This document shows positions 1-10,527 of a stretch of 64,000 nt of DNA, piece after piece. The stretch lies in NCBI GenBank assembly GCA_963695555.1, contig CAVOGR010000001.1, positions 224,001-288,000 on the forward strand, written 5' to 3'. The notes beneath the pieces were generated by a model that searched no databases, had not been told where the DNA came from, and worked only from the letters and a program-made list of their open reading frames with translations. Origin of the DNA: an uncultured Gemmatimonadales bacterium (GTDB lineage Bacteria; Gemmatimonadota; Gemmatimonadetes; Gemmatimonadales; GWC2-71-9). Both the position numbers and the translations under genes were made by a program. How positions within the stretch are numbered: the first letter of the stretch is position 1; each line of letters begins with the position of its first letter.

Positions 1-285
1 GCGCCCTCGGAGCTCCGGACGCGCGAGTGTCTCACTCGCGATCACATCGTGCCGATGTCTCGTGGCGGGGACAATGAGTGGACCAACGTGGTTACCGCCT
101 GCAGCTCCTGCAACACCCGCAAGGGCAACCGCCTCCCTGAAGAGTGCGGCATGAGCCCGTTGGTCCCTCCCACCGAGCCGCATTTCGTGCACCTCTCCTG
201 GGCCGTGCGCCGGCTCACCGTCACCCAGTCGAAGTACATCAAGATGTTCTACGGCGAGGACGCGCTGCGGGCCATTGCGGGTTAG
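1..285 (+). CDS. HNH endonuclease (McrA-like), 5'-truncated by window edge
   Basis: Frame 1 is open from base 1: ...LTRDHIVPMSRGGDNEWTNVVTACSSCNTRKGN, matching the DH-x-x-P...GG...N...C-x-x-CN-x-x-K HNH motif. Confidence 0.85.
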   Translation, partial: APSELRTRECLTRDHIVPMSRGGDNEWTNVVTACSSCNTRKGNRLPEECGMSPLVPPTEPHFVHLSWAVRRLTVTQSKYIKMFYGEDALRAIAG

Positions 286-316
286 CTCGACCTCCCGTCC
301 GGCAACCCCCATTCAA

Positions 317-1033
317 TTATTCGGGTCCCGCGAGCTCCGGCGACCTCGCCTCCAGTCGGAGGCGAGGCAGGCCGGCGAGGCGAAGCAGCAGACGCGTTAC
401 CCGGCGCCCGAGCACGCCCCCGGCATCGGCGCCGCCCGTCTGGCCCTCGTCGCGTTCCCCCTGAAGAAAACGCTCGAGTTCTTCGATGTCCGAGTCCGAT
501 AGCGTCGAGATCGCGAGGCTGCCGACGTAGTAGTGGGTTCCCGCTGTCGTCGGACCGAGCGCGATTCGATACCTGGCACCGAGGGCCGTGGCCAGGGCTT
601 CCCTCGTGGCGTAGCGCCGCTCCCGCATGCCGGACCCGGTGATCGTTCTCACCGAGAATTCAAGCAGCACTGGCTCCCAGCGCACCACCACGTCCCACTC
701 CACGAGCCGCTGGAGTTGGTCGAACCACACGCTCTTCGATTTCCACAGCTCGAGCCGGTAGCTGAGTCGGACGGGGAGTCCTTCCTGCAACGTGGCGATC
801 CATCGGCCGTCCCCGAGGAGGTCGACGGCGCGAACCATCGGGTCTCCGGCCTGGCCTCGGGCAACGTCACCGGTCAGTGAGATTTCGAGCCGCGGTTCCG
901 GTGGCGAGCCGCCCTGGGCGCTCGCGACGGCCACCGGCGCGAGCAGGGCGGAGACGAGGGCAAGCCCCCGCCCCAGCTCCCGCCCCCGCCCCCGACGCGG
1001 CCTCGTCGCCGCTCGTCTCACCGGTCGCTCCAC
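317..1033 (-). CDS. Exported DUF4390-like protein
   Basis: Signal peptide (LLAPVAVASA/Q); LQEGLPVRLSYRLELW..WFD motif resembles DUF4390; lies next to an NtrY/NtrX-like pair. Confidence 0.6.
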   Translation of the reverse strand: MERPVRRAATRPRRGRGRELGRGLALVSALLAPVAVASAQGGSPPEPRLEISLTGDVARGQAGDPMVRAVDLLGDGRWIATLQEGLPVRLSYRLELWKSKSVWFDQLQRLVEWDVVVRWEPVLLEFSVRTITGSGMRERRYATREALATALGARYRIALGPTTAGTHYYVGSLAISTLSDSDIEELERFLQGERDEGQTGGADAGGVLGRRVTRLLLRLAGLPRLRLEARSPELAGPE

Positions 1034-1051
1034 GCCCCGTGTCCGGACGAC

Positions 1052-2779
1052 CTAGAACCGATGCTCGAGCCGGGCGGTCAGGCGAACGGGCTCGCCATCG
1101 GTGAGGGCCTTGGCCAGGTACACGCCCAGCCCGCCGAGATCCAGTCCAACGCCCACGTCGGCCTTCCAGAGGTCCAGCGACGGCAGCCGGTCGTGTGGGA
1201 CGCGTCCCGGTCCGTCGCCCGAGAGCCATGCCATCCCCATATCGGTGAAGAACACCAGGTCCGCTTCATCGAGGCCAATCATTCGCTGCACCCCGAGATG
1301 GGCCCGCTCCAGGATTCGGCTCGCGGCTCCGAGCCGGAGCCGGGTCCGAAACTCCCCTTGTACCAGCGCCATGCGGTCGCAGAAGGCCGTGCGGCCCGGA
1401 TTCGGCACCCCTGACGGTGCACAGGTCAGGTGGCGGAATCGGTATCCGGGAAGAAGCCCGGGGCCGCCGAGCGAGTAGCGTCGTTGGATCGGGAGCGGGT
1501 CGCCCCCGAGCCATCCCGCTGCGAGCAGGCGAACGCGCACCCGGCTCCCGGGGGAGAGGCGGAAGTAACGTCGCGCATCCACCTGCAGCCGACTGAAGGC
1601 ATAGGATCCATCGATCGGGATGGGGGAGCGGATGGTGGTCGGCAGCGTGATCGGCGCGACGTCCTCGCTCTCACCGTACTGATAAACAGCTTGCACCCAC
1701 CACCCGGACGCGCCCGAGTCGCGACTGTGGCGCGTGTCCAGACTCAGCGTCACGTCGGCGGTCAGGAAGTGTCCATCGTCGATGAGCGGGTTGGCGCGCC
1801 AGCGGTCGCTGTTTCGGAACAGCGACCAGGGGTCGCTCTCGCGAACCGATCGCTCTTTGTCGCGGTGGAGCCCGACATCGATTCGGAATCCGCGAGTGGG
1901 CTGCAGGTATCCATATCCACCGAATCCCTGGGCCTCGAACAGATCACGGTGGTCCCGTTGCAGGAGAAACGCCGACCAGCCCGATTCGACGGCCGACAGC
2001 GGCTGCTCCTCGATCGCCCGCATCTCGCTTTGGGCGGTGACGCCGATCCCGATGATGGGCAGGGCGCTCCGGCGCCACTCGAGTTGTGTCGCATAGCCGA
2101 AGTCGCGCCGCAGGTTGGATTCATCGGGTGCGGTCCGGAGGATGCCGCGGAGATCGAGCTCCACCCTGGCACCGGGAGACGGACGCCACTCGAACAGCGG
2201 TCCGAACTGGATCGGCAACCCCTCCACGCGGTTGTACGTGTGACCGGTGGTGAGCCGGAGCGTGGTTCGGAGGTCGCCCGATTGGAATGATGCGGACGCC
2301 TGGGGTATCGACCGTCCGCGGGACCGGATCGCGAGCAACCCGGACAGGTCCCGCGTGACCGGGGCCGATTCGGCAAAGGAGCGCGCGGTGCCTGAGTGAA
2401 CGCCGCCCGGCCGGACTAGGAGTATGCCTCCGACGATGAGCGCATCGCCATGCACGGCGCCGCCAGGCTCGACGATGAGATCGCCGTTCAGGACGGTTAC
2501 GGGTCCGTCGATCGTGCCATGGACCCGCATGGTGCCGCGGAAGAGGCCGAACCGGCCACGGAGCGCCGTGCCGTGTGGTACGACGACGTCGCCGGCAAAC
2601 CGGATGGTCGCCGAGTCGTTGTAGGCGGCGACGGCCTCTTCGAGGACGGCCTGGGGTGGGCCGGCCTGGCGTCCAGGCTCGCCGAACGGCACCGTCGGAT
2701 CGATGACGATGACACTGTCTTGGGCGGCCAGCGCGGCCGGTGCCCAGAGGATGGCGAGCGCGAGCATCAAGGGCTTCAT
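1052..2779 (-). CDS. Omp85/BamA-TamA-like outer-membrane beta-barrel with N-terminal bactofilin-like beta-helix repeats
   Basis: Signal peptide MKPLMLALAILWAPAALAAQ; G-rich VxG repeats; YNRVEG; SLGGPGLLPGYRF; FTDMGMAW; C-terminal Phe (RLEHRF). Start moved to the internal ATG. Confidence 0.75.
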   Translation of the reverse strand: MKPLMLALAILWAPAALAAQDSVIVIDPTVPFGEPGRQAGPPQAVLEEAVAAYNDSATIRFAGDVVVPHGTALRGRFGLFRGTMRVHGTIDGPVTVLNGDLIVEPGGAVHGDALIVGGILLVRPGGVHSGTARSFAESAPVTRDLSGLLAIRSRGRSIPQASASFQSGDLRTTLRLTTGHTYNRVEGLPIQFGPLFEWRPSPGARVELDLRGILRTAPDESNLRRDFGYATQLEWRRSALPIIGIGVTAQSEMRAIEEQPLSAVESGWSAFLLQRDHRDLFEAQGFGGYGYLQPTRGFRIDVGLHRDKERSVRESDPWSLFRNSDRWRANPLIDDGHFLTADVTLSLDTRHSRDSGASGWWVQAVYQYGESEDVAPITLPTTIRSPIPIDGSYAFSRLQVDARRYFRLSPGSRVRVRLLAAGWLGGDPLPIQRRYSLGGPGLLPGYRFRHLTCAPSGVPNPGRTAFCDRMALVQGEFRTRLRLGAASRILERAHLGVQRMIGLDEADLVFFTDMGMAWLSGDGPGRVPHDRLPSLDLWKADVGVGLDLGGLGVYLAKALTDGEPVRLTARLEHRF

Positions 2780-2850
2780 CCCCGACTCCCATGCAGGCTG
2801 TGGGTAACGTGATGCGGGCACTGGGTGGTGCTCCGCTGGTGCTCAGGTGG

Positions 2851-4212
2851 TTAGGTCCCCGGCGAGATGCCGAGGCGCCTCATGCGACGATAGAGATTAG
2901 CCCGGTCCGTGTCGAGCGCGCGTGCCGCTTCGGACACGTTGCCCGACGCGTGATCGAGGGCCGACTGGATGAGCGATCGCTCGAAGTCCGCCAGCGCGTC
3001 GTGCATCGACGCGCGCGGCCTCGAGATTGACGGGGTTGGAAGAGCTGTCTTCGTGGCGGGTTGGAGGACCCGGCGGATGTCCGGCTCGTCGATCTCTGGC
3101 CCAGCCAGGATAGTGGCGCGCTCGACGACGTTGGCGAGTTCCCGGACGTTGCCGGGCCACACATAGTTGGCCAGGCGGTTGAGGGCGCCGTTGGTGAAGG
3201 TCGGCGGTGTGCGCGGGCGGATGCGCCGGGCCAAGTGAGCGACCAGGGCCGGCAGATCTTCGAGCCGCTCCCGGAGCGGGGGGATGGGGATCAGGAACAC
3301 CGCCAGCCGGAAGAAGAGATCTTCGCGGAAAGACTTCGACTCAACCGCGAGTTCCAGCCGGTGGTTGGTTGCGGCAATGATCCGGACGTCAACCGTGGTG
3401 CTGGTCTCCGATCCGATGCGGTCGAGCTGGCCGGTTTCCAGGGTACGCAACACCTTCGCTTGGGCCTCGAGGCCGAGATCGCCCACCTCGTCGAGAAGCA
3501 GCGTGCCCCGATCCGCCAGCTCGAACCGCCCCAAGCGGCGATCGACCGCGCCGGTGAAGGCGCCTCGCTCGTGTCCGAACAGCTCCGATTCGATGAGGTC
3601 ACGCGGGATTGCCGCACAGTTGACCGGCACGAAGGGGTGATCATGCCGGAGACTCTGCCGGTGGATGGCGGCCGCGACCAGTTCCTTGCCGGTGCCGGAC
3701 TCGCCGGTGATCAGCACGCGCGCCTCGGTTGGTGCCACCTGCGCGATCAGCTCCCGAACGCCGCGCATGGCGGGGCTATCGCCCACCAGGTCCGCCGCCG
3801 GAGACAACGCCCGGCGCAGGGCGCGATTCTCAACCCGGGTGCGGTGGAGCTGGAGGGCTGCGCGCAGGGTCGTCAACACGGAGTCCGGGCTGAGCGGCTT
3901 CTCCAGGAATTGGAATGCGCCGAGCTGGGTTGCCCGAACAGCGTCCTGAAGGCCCGCCTTTCCGCTCATCATGATGACCGGGACATCGCTCGCGTTGGCC
4001 TGAAGCTCGGCGAGCACCGCGAGCCCGTCGGGGCCGGGTGGTGGCATGAGGAGGTCGAGCAACACGGCATCGGGCAGGTGCTCTTGCACTGCCTGAAGCG
4101 CTGCGTGCCCGTTGGCCGCCTGATCGACCACGAAGCCCTCGGCCCGGAGCAGGGCGCCGAGCATCCGGAGGATGTTGGCCTCATCATCGACGAGCAGTAC
4201 GCGTGGGGCCAT
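2851..4212 (-). CDS. Sigma54-dependent response regulator (NtrC/NtrX family; REC-AAA+-HTH)
   Basis: VDDE receiver domain, GESGTGKE Walker A, intact GAFTGA, WPGNVREL, C-terminal Fis-type HTH. Confidence 0.95.
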   Translation of the reverse strand: MAPRVLLVDDEANILRMLGALLRAEGFVVDQAANGHAALQAVQEHLPDAVLLDLLMPPPGPDGLAVLAELQANASDVPVIMMSGKAGLQDAVRATQLGAFQFLEKPLSPDSVLTTLRAALQLHRTRVENRALRRALSPAADLVGDSPAMRGVRELIAQVAPTEARVLITGESGTGKELVAAAIHRQSLRHDHPFVPVNCAAIPRDLIESELFGHERGAFTGAVDRRLGRFELADRGTLLLDEVGDLGLEAQAKVLRTLETGQLDRIGSETSTTVDVRIIAATNHRLELAVESKSFREDLFFRLAVFLIPIPPLRERLEDLPALVAHLARRIRPRTPPTFTNGALNRLANYVWPGNVRELANVVERATILAGPEIDEPDIRRVLQPATKTALPTPSISRPRASMHDALADFERSLIQSALDHASGNVSEAARALDTDRANLYRRMRRLGISPGT

Positions 4213-4221
4213 GGCGTGGTG

Positions 4222-5439
4222 TTAGGGGGTGTCCCCTGAGTCTGGTGTCATGCCATCGACCGGGAGTGTCACGATGGCGGTGGTCCCGCCACCGTCGGAC
4301 GGGCGGAGTTCGAGCGAGCCCTGATGGTGTTCGATTGTTTGTTTCGCGAGAGCGAGGCCGAGTCCCGTGCCCGAGTGTTTCCGGGTGAAGTAGGGCTCGA
4401 AGACGCGGGCCTGGTCCTCGGGCCGAATGCCGGGGCCGTGGTCGCGGATTTGGATCTGCACCTGGGCCCGCCCGGCTTCAGCCAAGTGCACTTCGATGGA
4501 CCCGGCTCCCTCCATGGCTTCGGCGGCGTTGGTGATCAGGTTGCCGAATGCGCGCCGAAGCGGGTCGTACTGACCGTGGATCGTGGGCAGGGTCGGGGAG
4601 ACCTGGAGCGTGTGGCTCACTCGAGGCGACAGCGTGGTGCGTGCCAGCTCGGTCAGCAATTCGGCCAGGTCGATTTCGGCCCGGGGGCCCTGGGGCAGGC
4701 GGCCGAACTCGCTGAATTCCTGGGCCATGTGCTCCAGTCGCGCCGACTCGGTCTCGAGGACGTCGAGGGTTTCCGTTGGCACCGTACCCTGAGTGGTGCG
4801 GAGTTGGGCGACCGCCAGTCGGATTGGAGTGAGCGGGTTCTTCATCTCGTGCGCCACCCGCCGCGCTACCTCCTGGAAGGCGCGGAGCCGCTCCGCCTCG
4901 AGTTCCTTGGCGCGTCCCGCCTCGAGCCCGGCTGCCATCTCCTGGAGCCCGGCCCGGAGTGCGGCAAACTCCGGAGCGCCCTTTTGCGGCGGTCCATCGG
5001 GGAGCGGTTCGTGACGGCGGATGTGCTCGGTCCAGCCAATGAGTTCGTCGATGGGGCGGCTCAGTTGCCGGGCGAGGTGTCCCGACAGCCGGACGGACGC
5101 ATAGACCAGGAGCGCTCCGGCGGAGAGGAGGGCGAGGGCGAAGCCCGCGGCGTAGTAGCGGCTGAAGGCGGCGGCTTGCCGTGCTTGGCCCAATGCCGCG
5201 TTCAGCTCCTCGGTGTGGGCCGCGAGCGCCTTACGGCCGGCCTGATCCAATCGCGTGGTGTCGATGGTACCGACCAGTGCGCGCCCCGAGGTGCCCAGCC
5301 GGCTGATGGTCGACTCGGCGCTGGCCACGGGATTGCTCTGCCGGACGGTCATGGCCCAACCCACGACCAGGACCGCGGTGGGCAGGGCGCCGAGGGCGAT
5401 CAGGATGAGCAGGATGCGCTTTCGGAACGGCAGGGCCAT
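4222..5439 (-). CDS. Sensor histidine kinase (NtrY-like; 2 TM, HAMP, HisKA, HATPase)
   Basis: VARRVAHEMKNPLTPI H-box, NLITNA N-box, DHGPGI, GTGLGL. Confidence 0.93.
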   Translation of the reverse strand: MALPFRKRILLILIALGALPTAVLVVGWAMTVRQSNPVASAESTISRLGTSGRALVGTIDTTRLDQAGRKALAAHTEELNAALGQARQAAAFSRYYAAGFALALLSAGALLVYASVRLSGHLARQLSRPIDELIGWTEHIRRHEPLPDGPPQKGAPEFAALRAGLQEMAAGLEAGRAKELEAERLRAFQEVARRVAHEMKNPLTPIRLAVAQLRTTQGTVPTETLDVLETESARLEHMAQEFSEFGRLPQGPRAEIDLAELLTELARTTLSPRVSHTLQVSPTLPTIHGQYDPLRRAFGNLITNAAEAMEGAGSIEVHLAEAGRAQVQIQIRDHGPGIRPEDQARVFEPYFTRKHSGTGLGLALAKQTIEHHQGSLELRPSDGGGTTAIVTLPVDGMTPDSGDTP

Positions 5440-5515
5440 GGGTGGGAAGATAGCGCACGGTCGCGGAGCGTAGGAATCGCCCGAAGCCAACGCCTCATAT
5501 CGAAGTGGCGCCCGC

Positions 5516-6754
5516 TCATTCCGATCTGGATGGTGTCACACGGATCTGCCCTGTCGCCATTATCCCCAATGCGATCGCGATACCGCCGGCGAGCCACTCG
5601 GACCAATGGCCAATGTGCAGGCCGAAGGCCGCGGGAATAACCCCAAGCGCAAGCGGTAGGAGAATCCCGACCCAGATGATCGCCGACCTTCTGTGGGACA
5701 GGGCTGCCCAGTAGGCCAAGGGGAGGATCAGGGCTACCAGCCAGAGACCGTTGATGACCCGTGCCTCGGGACCCAGGCCCCACCCGAATGGAAGCAACAA
5801 GGCCCACCCGAGTGAAGTGGAGAGGGCGAGACGTCGATTCCGCCACCGCTCGTCCACGAGCGCGCCCGCATAGAGCTGCCCGTTGTCTAGTCCGCCCCAC
5901 GCAACAACGGTATTGCCGGGGCCCTTGGGAACTACTCCACCGAGCCTGATCCGTGGCGACCTGAGTCGCCAGGCGCTGGCCCTGAGACGAACTCCGACGG
6001 CTACATCGTTGCCGCGTTGGGCCACGACAGCCAGGCTCCGGTTGTCGGATGACGTGAGCGCGGCAATTGGCGCAACGCTACCTGGCGTTGCGTTACCCGT
6101 GATGAACTTGACGAGAACGGGCGCCCCCGAGAGGAGCGCCGTACGGTACTCGGCGGGCCGCGGCGCCGCATCGTGTGGGATTGCACGGCCCCCGACCCGA
6201 GCCTGGAGCACGGTTCCCCCAAACGCCTCATGTCCGGGCCAAGCTGGCGACACGATGCCGTACCATGGCCCGGCCGGCAGATCTGGCTGCAGCAGGGCTG
6301 CCGTGGTCAGGAACACCGTGAGCACCGCCACCATCCCGCCCAAGAAGAGCCGGCCGGCATGTCGAGGGGAAGGGAACACCAGCCCGCGCCAGTGGTGAGC
6401 CAGGAATCCCCCGAGGATTCCCCCCGAGGTGTTGGTGATGAGGTCGCTCACGCTGGCGTCGCGCCCCGCGATCGTGATGATCTGAAGTGATTCGACTGCG
6501 AGACTGGTAAGGAAACAGGCTATCGCGATGCGGGTGATCGACCATCCCATCCGTTCGAGCCCCACCCCAAGCGGGAGGAACAGAGCCACGTTGAGAATGA
6601 CGTCGATCGAGCCCAGGGAGCCGCACACGAGGCACCAGAACGGGGTCTCGGCGGCCCGGTATTCATTCAGTGGCAACGGCGTTAGGGTCGCGGCGGCTAT
6701 GACGAGCAGCCCCACGGCGATGACAATACCCCCCAGGCGCTTTTGTCGCGTCAA
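5516..6754 (-). CDS. VanZ-family membrane protein with an extended extracytoplasmic domain
   Basis: DVILNVALFLPLG, SLAVESLQ, GRDASVSDLITNTSG VanZ motifs. Confidence 0.8.
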   Translation of the reverse strand: MTRQKRLGGIVIAVGLLVIAAATLTPLPLNEYRAAETPFWCLVCGSLGSIDVILNVALFLPLGVGLERMGWSITRIAIACFLTSLAVESLQIITIAGRDASVSDLITNTSGGILGGFLAHHWRGLVFPSPRHAGRLFLGGMVAVLTVFLTTAALLQPDLPAGPWYGIVSPAWPGHEAFGGTVLQARVGGRAIPHDAAPRPAEYRTALLSGAPVLVKFITGNATPGSVAPIAALTSSDNRSLAVVAQRGNDVAVGVRLRASAWRLRSPRIRLGGVVPKGPGNTVVAWGGLDNGQLYAGALVDERWRNRRLALSTSLGWALLLPFGWGLGPEARVINGLWLVALILPLAYWAALSHRRSAIIWVGILLPLALGVIPAAFGLHIGHWSEWLAGGIAIALGIMATGQIRVTPSRSE

Positions 6755-6801
6755 CCCAACACTCCACTAAGGCCGTGGTGGAGAGTAGCTTACCACCTCG
6801 C

Positions 6802-6817
6802 TGGCACCAATAGTGCA
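6802..6817 (+). promoter_or_regulatory. Putative sigma54 -24/-12 promoter
   Basis: TGGCACCAATAGTGCA (GG-N10-GC), 130 bp upstream of the epimerase operon. Confidence 0.6.
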
Positions 6818-6946
6818 TATTGAGAACGGTTGCCCTGGAGTGCCGCTGCCCAGTGTGGTCAGCCGGGTACGCCTCACGCACTGCTTCCTCGCCTCACCCA
6901 ACCTCGACGGCTGTCGGCGCGGGGTGAAGGCTCGCTCGGAGGTTGA

Positions 6947-7930
6947 ATGACGGACCGTCAATTCAGGTGCCTGGTAACTGGAGGAGCCGGCTTCGTGGGA
7001 TCCCACGTCGCCGAGCGACTCTCCGGGCTCGGGCATCCCACCACCGTGGTGGACAATCTCTCGACCGGAAACGTCCGGAACCTCGACTCGTTCCGGGACC
7101 GCGTGACATTCGTCCAGGGAGATTTGACCGATCCGGCAGTGTGTCGCCGCGTGGCGGAGGAGGCCGACGTGGTGTTCCACCTGGCTGCCCTGCCGAGTGT
7201 GCCCCGCTCCATGGCCGATCCGTGGGCATCGCATGAGCACAACGTCAACGCCACCGTGCGGCTCCTGCTGGCGTGCCGGGATGCGGGGGTTCGTCGCTTT
7301 GTCTACTCGAGCTCCAGCTCGGTGTACGGTGACACGCCGACCCTTCCAAAGGTCGAGAGCATGGAACTCGAGCCGCGATCGCCGTACGCTGCTGCGAAGC
7401 TGTCGGGCGAGCAGTACATCCTCGCCTTTGCGCGCGCCGGCATGATCGAGGGCGTCGCGCTTCGCTACTTCAACGTCTTTGGCCCGCGCCAGGATCCCAG
7501 TTCGGCATATGCAGCGGTCATCCCGGCCTTCCTGACGGCACTGATCGAGGGTCGTCCGGTGACCGTGTATGGCGATGGGCACCAGACGAGGGATTTCACG
7601 TATGTGGACAATGTGGTCGACGCGAATGTACTCGCCGCGACACTTCCGGCGGATCGGGTGAACGGACAGGTCGTGAATATTGGGGCCGGGCAACGGACCT
7701 CGCTCAGGGAGTTGGTAGGGATCATAGAATCCGTCACCGGGCAGTCGCTTCCTATCGAGGAAATGCCGGCTAGGGTCGGGGATGTCCGCGACTCGCTGGC
7801 GAGCCTCGACCGGGCCCAGGCGGTGCTCGGGTTTGTGCCCTCCGTGCCGCTCGAGGATGGGCTTCATCGGACGTGGGCGTGGGTGCAGGCCGATCGTGAA
7901 ACAGCATCTCCCGGCCGGAAGGCGGGCTGA
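6947..7930 (+). CDS. NAD-dependent nucleotide-sugar 4-epimerase (WbpP/GalE-like SDR)
   Basis: GGAGFVGS, SSSSVYG, YAAAK, LRYFNVFGPRQDP, GDGHQTRDF. Confidence 0.92.
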   Translation: MTDRQFRCLVTGGAGFVGSHVAERLSGLGHPTTVVDNLSTGNVRNLDSFRDRVTFVQGDLTDPAVCRRVAEEADVVFHLAALPSVPRSMADPWASHEHNVNATVRLLLACRDAGVRRFVYSSSSSVYGDTPTLPKVESMELEPRSPYAAAKLSGEQYILAFARAGMIEGVALRYFNVFGPRQDPSSAYAAVIPAFLTALIEGRPVTVYGDGHQTRDFTYVDNVVDANVLAATLPADRVNGQVVNIGAGQRTSLRELVGIIESVTGQSLPIEEMPARVGDVRDSLASLDRAQAVLGFVPSVPLEDGLHRTWAWVQADRETASPGRKAG

Positions 7931-7993
7931 TGATCCCATGCTCGTCCTATTACACCGTTTGATCTCGGGTTTCGCAGATCGTCCGGATTCGGT

Positions 7994-9114
7994 GTGAGCA
8001 AGATCCGGGTCGTGTTCTGCCTCGACAACATGCGGATTGGGGGTACCGAGCTCAATGCCGTTCGCACGGCGGAGCGGCTCGACAGAGCGCGGTTCGACCT
8101 TCGGGTCGCGGCGCTCCAGAAGGACGGGCCGTTGCTCGCGAGGTACGAGAGCGCCGGGATACCGGTGACACATTTTCCGATTCCGAGCTTATACGGTCCG
8201 AAAACGCTCTATCAGGGGGCGAGGTTGGCCCGATGGCTTCGGTCGGAAGAGATCCAGATCTTTCACAGTCACGATGTCTACTGCAACATCTTCGGCGGTC
8301 CGTGGGCCAGGCTGTCGGGGGTGGCCGTTATCGAGAGCCGCCGCTGGTGGGATTCACTCCCGCGCCCGGGCCTGAGATTCGCCAACCGGATTGCGTACCG
8401 GTTTGCCGACTGCGTCGTAGCCAACAGTCCGTCGGTGGCCCGGCTGGTCGAACAGGGGGATGGCGTTCCGCCCAGTCGAGTCCAGGTGATCCCGAATTTC
8501 GTTGAAGAGAGTGCGTTCGAGCCGCTTGGGGAAGCCGAGCGTTCGAGGCTTCTTGGGAAATTCGGCATCCCCGCGGATGGGATTATTGTTGGAGTGATTG
8601 CCAGGCTCGCCCCGGTCAAGGACCATGCGACGCTGCTCCAGGCGGCCGCACTGCTACGCGAGCGGTGGCCGGACGTGTGGTACCTGCTGGTGGGCGACGG
8701 TGCGAGCCGGGGAGATCTCATGGCGAAGGCGAGGGACCTGGGACTCGGGATAGGGTGGTCTTTGCCGGACAGCAGCCACATGAACCCAACTTGCATCAAC
8801 TGTTCGACGTGTCGGTGCTCTGCTCGCGGAACGAAGCCTTTCCCAACACCGTCATCGAGGCCATGGCGGCCGGTACCCCCGTCGTCGCGACCGCGGTAGG
8901 CGGAGTGCCTGACGCCATCGAGGATGGTGTGACGGGGCGGCTGGTCCGTGTGTCGGATCCGGGCCACCTTGCTACAGTATTGGAGGAATTGCTGCTAAGC
9001 CCCGATGTGCGGGAAGCCTTGGGGGCGGCGGGTCGGGCGCGTGCGAGGGAGCGTTACATGCCAAACCGGGCGTTGTCCGAGCTCGAGACGCTGTACCAAA
9101 GGCTCGTCGCATAA
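7994..9114 (+). CDS. GT4 glycosyltransferase (one frameshift at ~8750, probable missing G)
   Basis: GGTE, IARLAPVKDH, then EAFPNTVIEAMAAG in the next frame; shift lies in a GGG run. Confidence 0.85.
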
Positions 9115-10527
9115 TGGCCCGTCGTAGGGAGGGGTGGCGGAGCGCGGGGACTCAGGCCGTGCCCGACGTCCGGCCTCCGGTGAGCGCGGCCGCGGCGCCT
9201 CGAGGAACTTCCAGCGCACTCCCGGGCGGGTTCAACCTGCGGAACGACATTCGGCGGGAATTCGCCGATCTCAAGGCGATCGAATGGTCGTTGGTCTTCG
9301 TTGGGTTCCTGGGCTACATCTTCGTCTTTACGACTTACAAGCTCCCGATCGGTGATGTGTCCATTGGTATCGCGCTATTTGGGACTCTTGGTGCAGCGGC
9401 ACCGGTTCCGGTTTACCCGTCTTCAGGTATGGTTCGGGTTGTTCATTCTGTGGGCCGCCTTGGGGTATTTCACCACAATCTATCCAGACTACGTATCGCA
9501 ACAGCTCACCGACCTGGTCAAGATTTGGCTGATCGTTCTGGTTGCGACCAACGCCCTCCGCTCGCCCGAGCAGATTCGTTTCTTTACCGTCTTCTTCGTT
9601 GGGTGGTTTGCCTTCTACCCGGCGCGCGGTGCCATTCTCAACCACTTGAGCGGCGATCCGTACTATGCCCGGGCGGCATGGAACAACTTGTTCGAGAATT
9701 CCAACGATCTGGCGGCCCTGTCTATCCTGCAGCTTTCCATGGCTGCCGGGCTGATCGCGACAGAGCGTAAGGGTCTGGTGCGCCTCGGAGCGATGGTGGC
9801 CGTGGTCACACTCCCTGTTCTGGTGTTTTTCACAAAGTCTCGTGGTGCAATTATTGCCCTGGTGCTCTTCGCTCTCTTCACCCTTCGAGGTAAGCTCAGT
9901 TTGAAGACCATCCTGCCCCTAGTTCTAGTTGGGGCAATTGCGGTTGCCCTTGCCCCTTCGGACTTGTGGACCAGGTTGTCCGGGCTCTCGAAATTCTCCA
10001 CTGCGACCGGCGCCGATCTCAGGCAGGTCGACCCCGAGGGCTCTGCCGAGGCGCGCTGGTACATACTGGTCATCGCCTCCCAGATCGTCCGGGACCACCC
10101 CACGGTGGGTGTCGGCGTCGGGGCGTACCCGTGGGCCCACTGGGCCTATTCGCCCCGGAACGCCAACTTGCCGTGGTTCGCGCGCGGGCCCAAGGATACC
10201 CATAACACCTACATGAACCTTGCGGCGGAAACCGGTCTTGCCGGTCTCGCGCTCTTCCTCGGGTTGATCGGCGCAATTGTCGCTCGCGTCGAGCACGTCC
10301 GTCGACGAGTGCGCCGATCGTTGCCCGCGGCCTCCCGACAGCTGGTCTATCTCGAAGCGGGGTTGGCCGCTTATCTACTTGCCGGGGTGTTCGGTTCCTT
10401 CGCGAAGCTCCCATTTCTCTACATCCATCTCGCCCTCATGCTTGCCGTGAGCAGCACCATCATGCGAAACGCTGCGCAGCTGAGCCAATCCGCCAGTGGT
10501 GGCTCGCCGGACCAGCGCAGAGCATGA
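9114..10527 (+). CDS. O-antigen ligase / Wzy polymerase family membrane protein (frameshift at ~9380)
   Basis: Multiple TM helices, NSNDLA, TKSRGA, GVGVGAY, THNTYMNLAAETGLAG. Confidence 0.85.

Noticed and set aside
1..285. HNH gene as a defence or mobile element
   Set aside because: Only the C-terminal part is visible; it looks like a common stand-alone McrA-like HNH with no cas, RM or intron context
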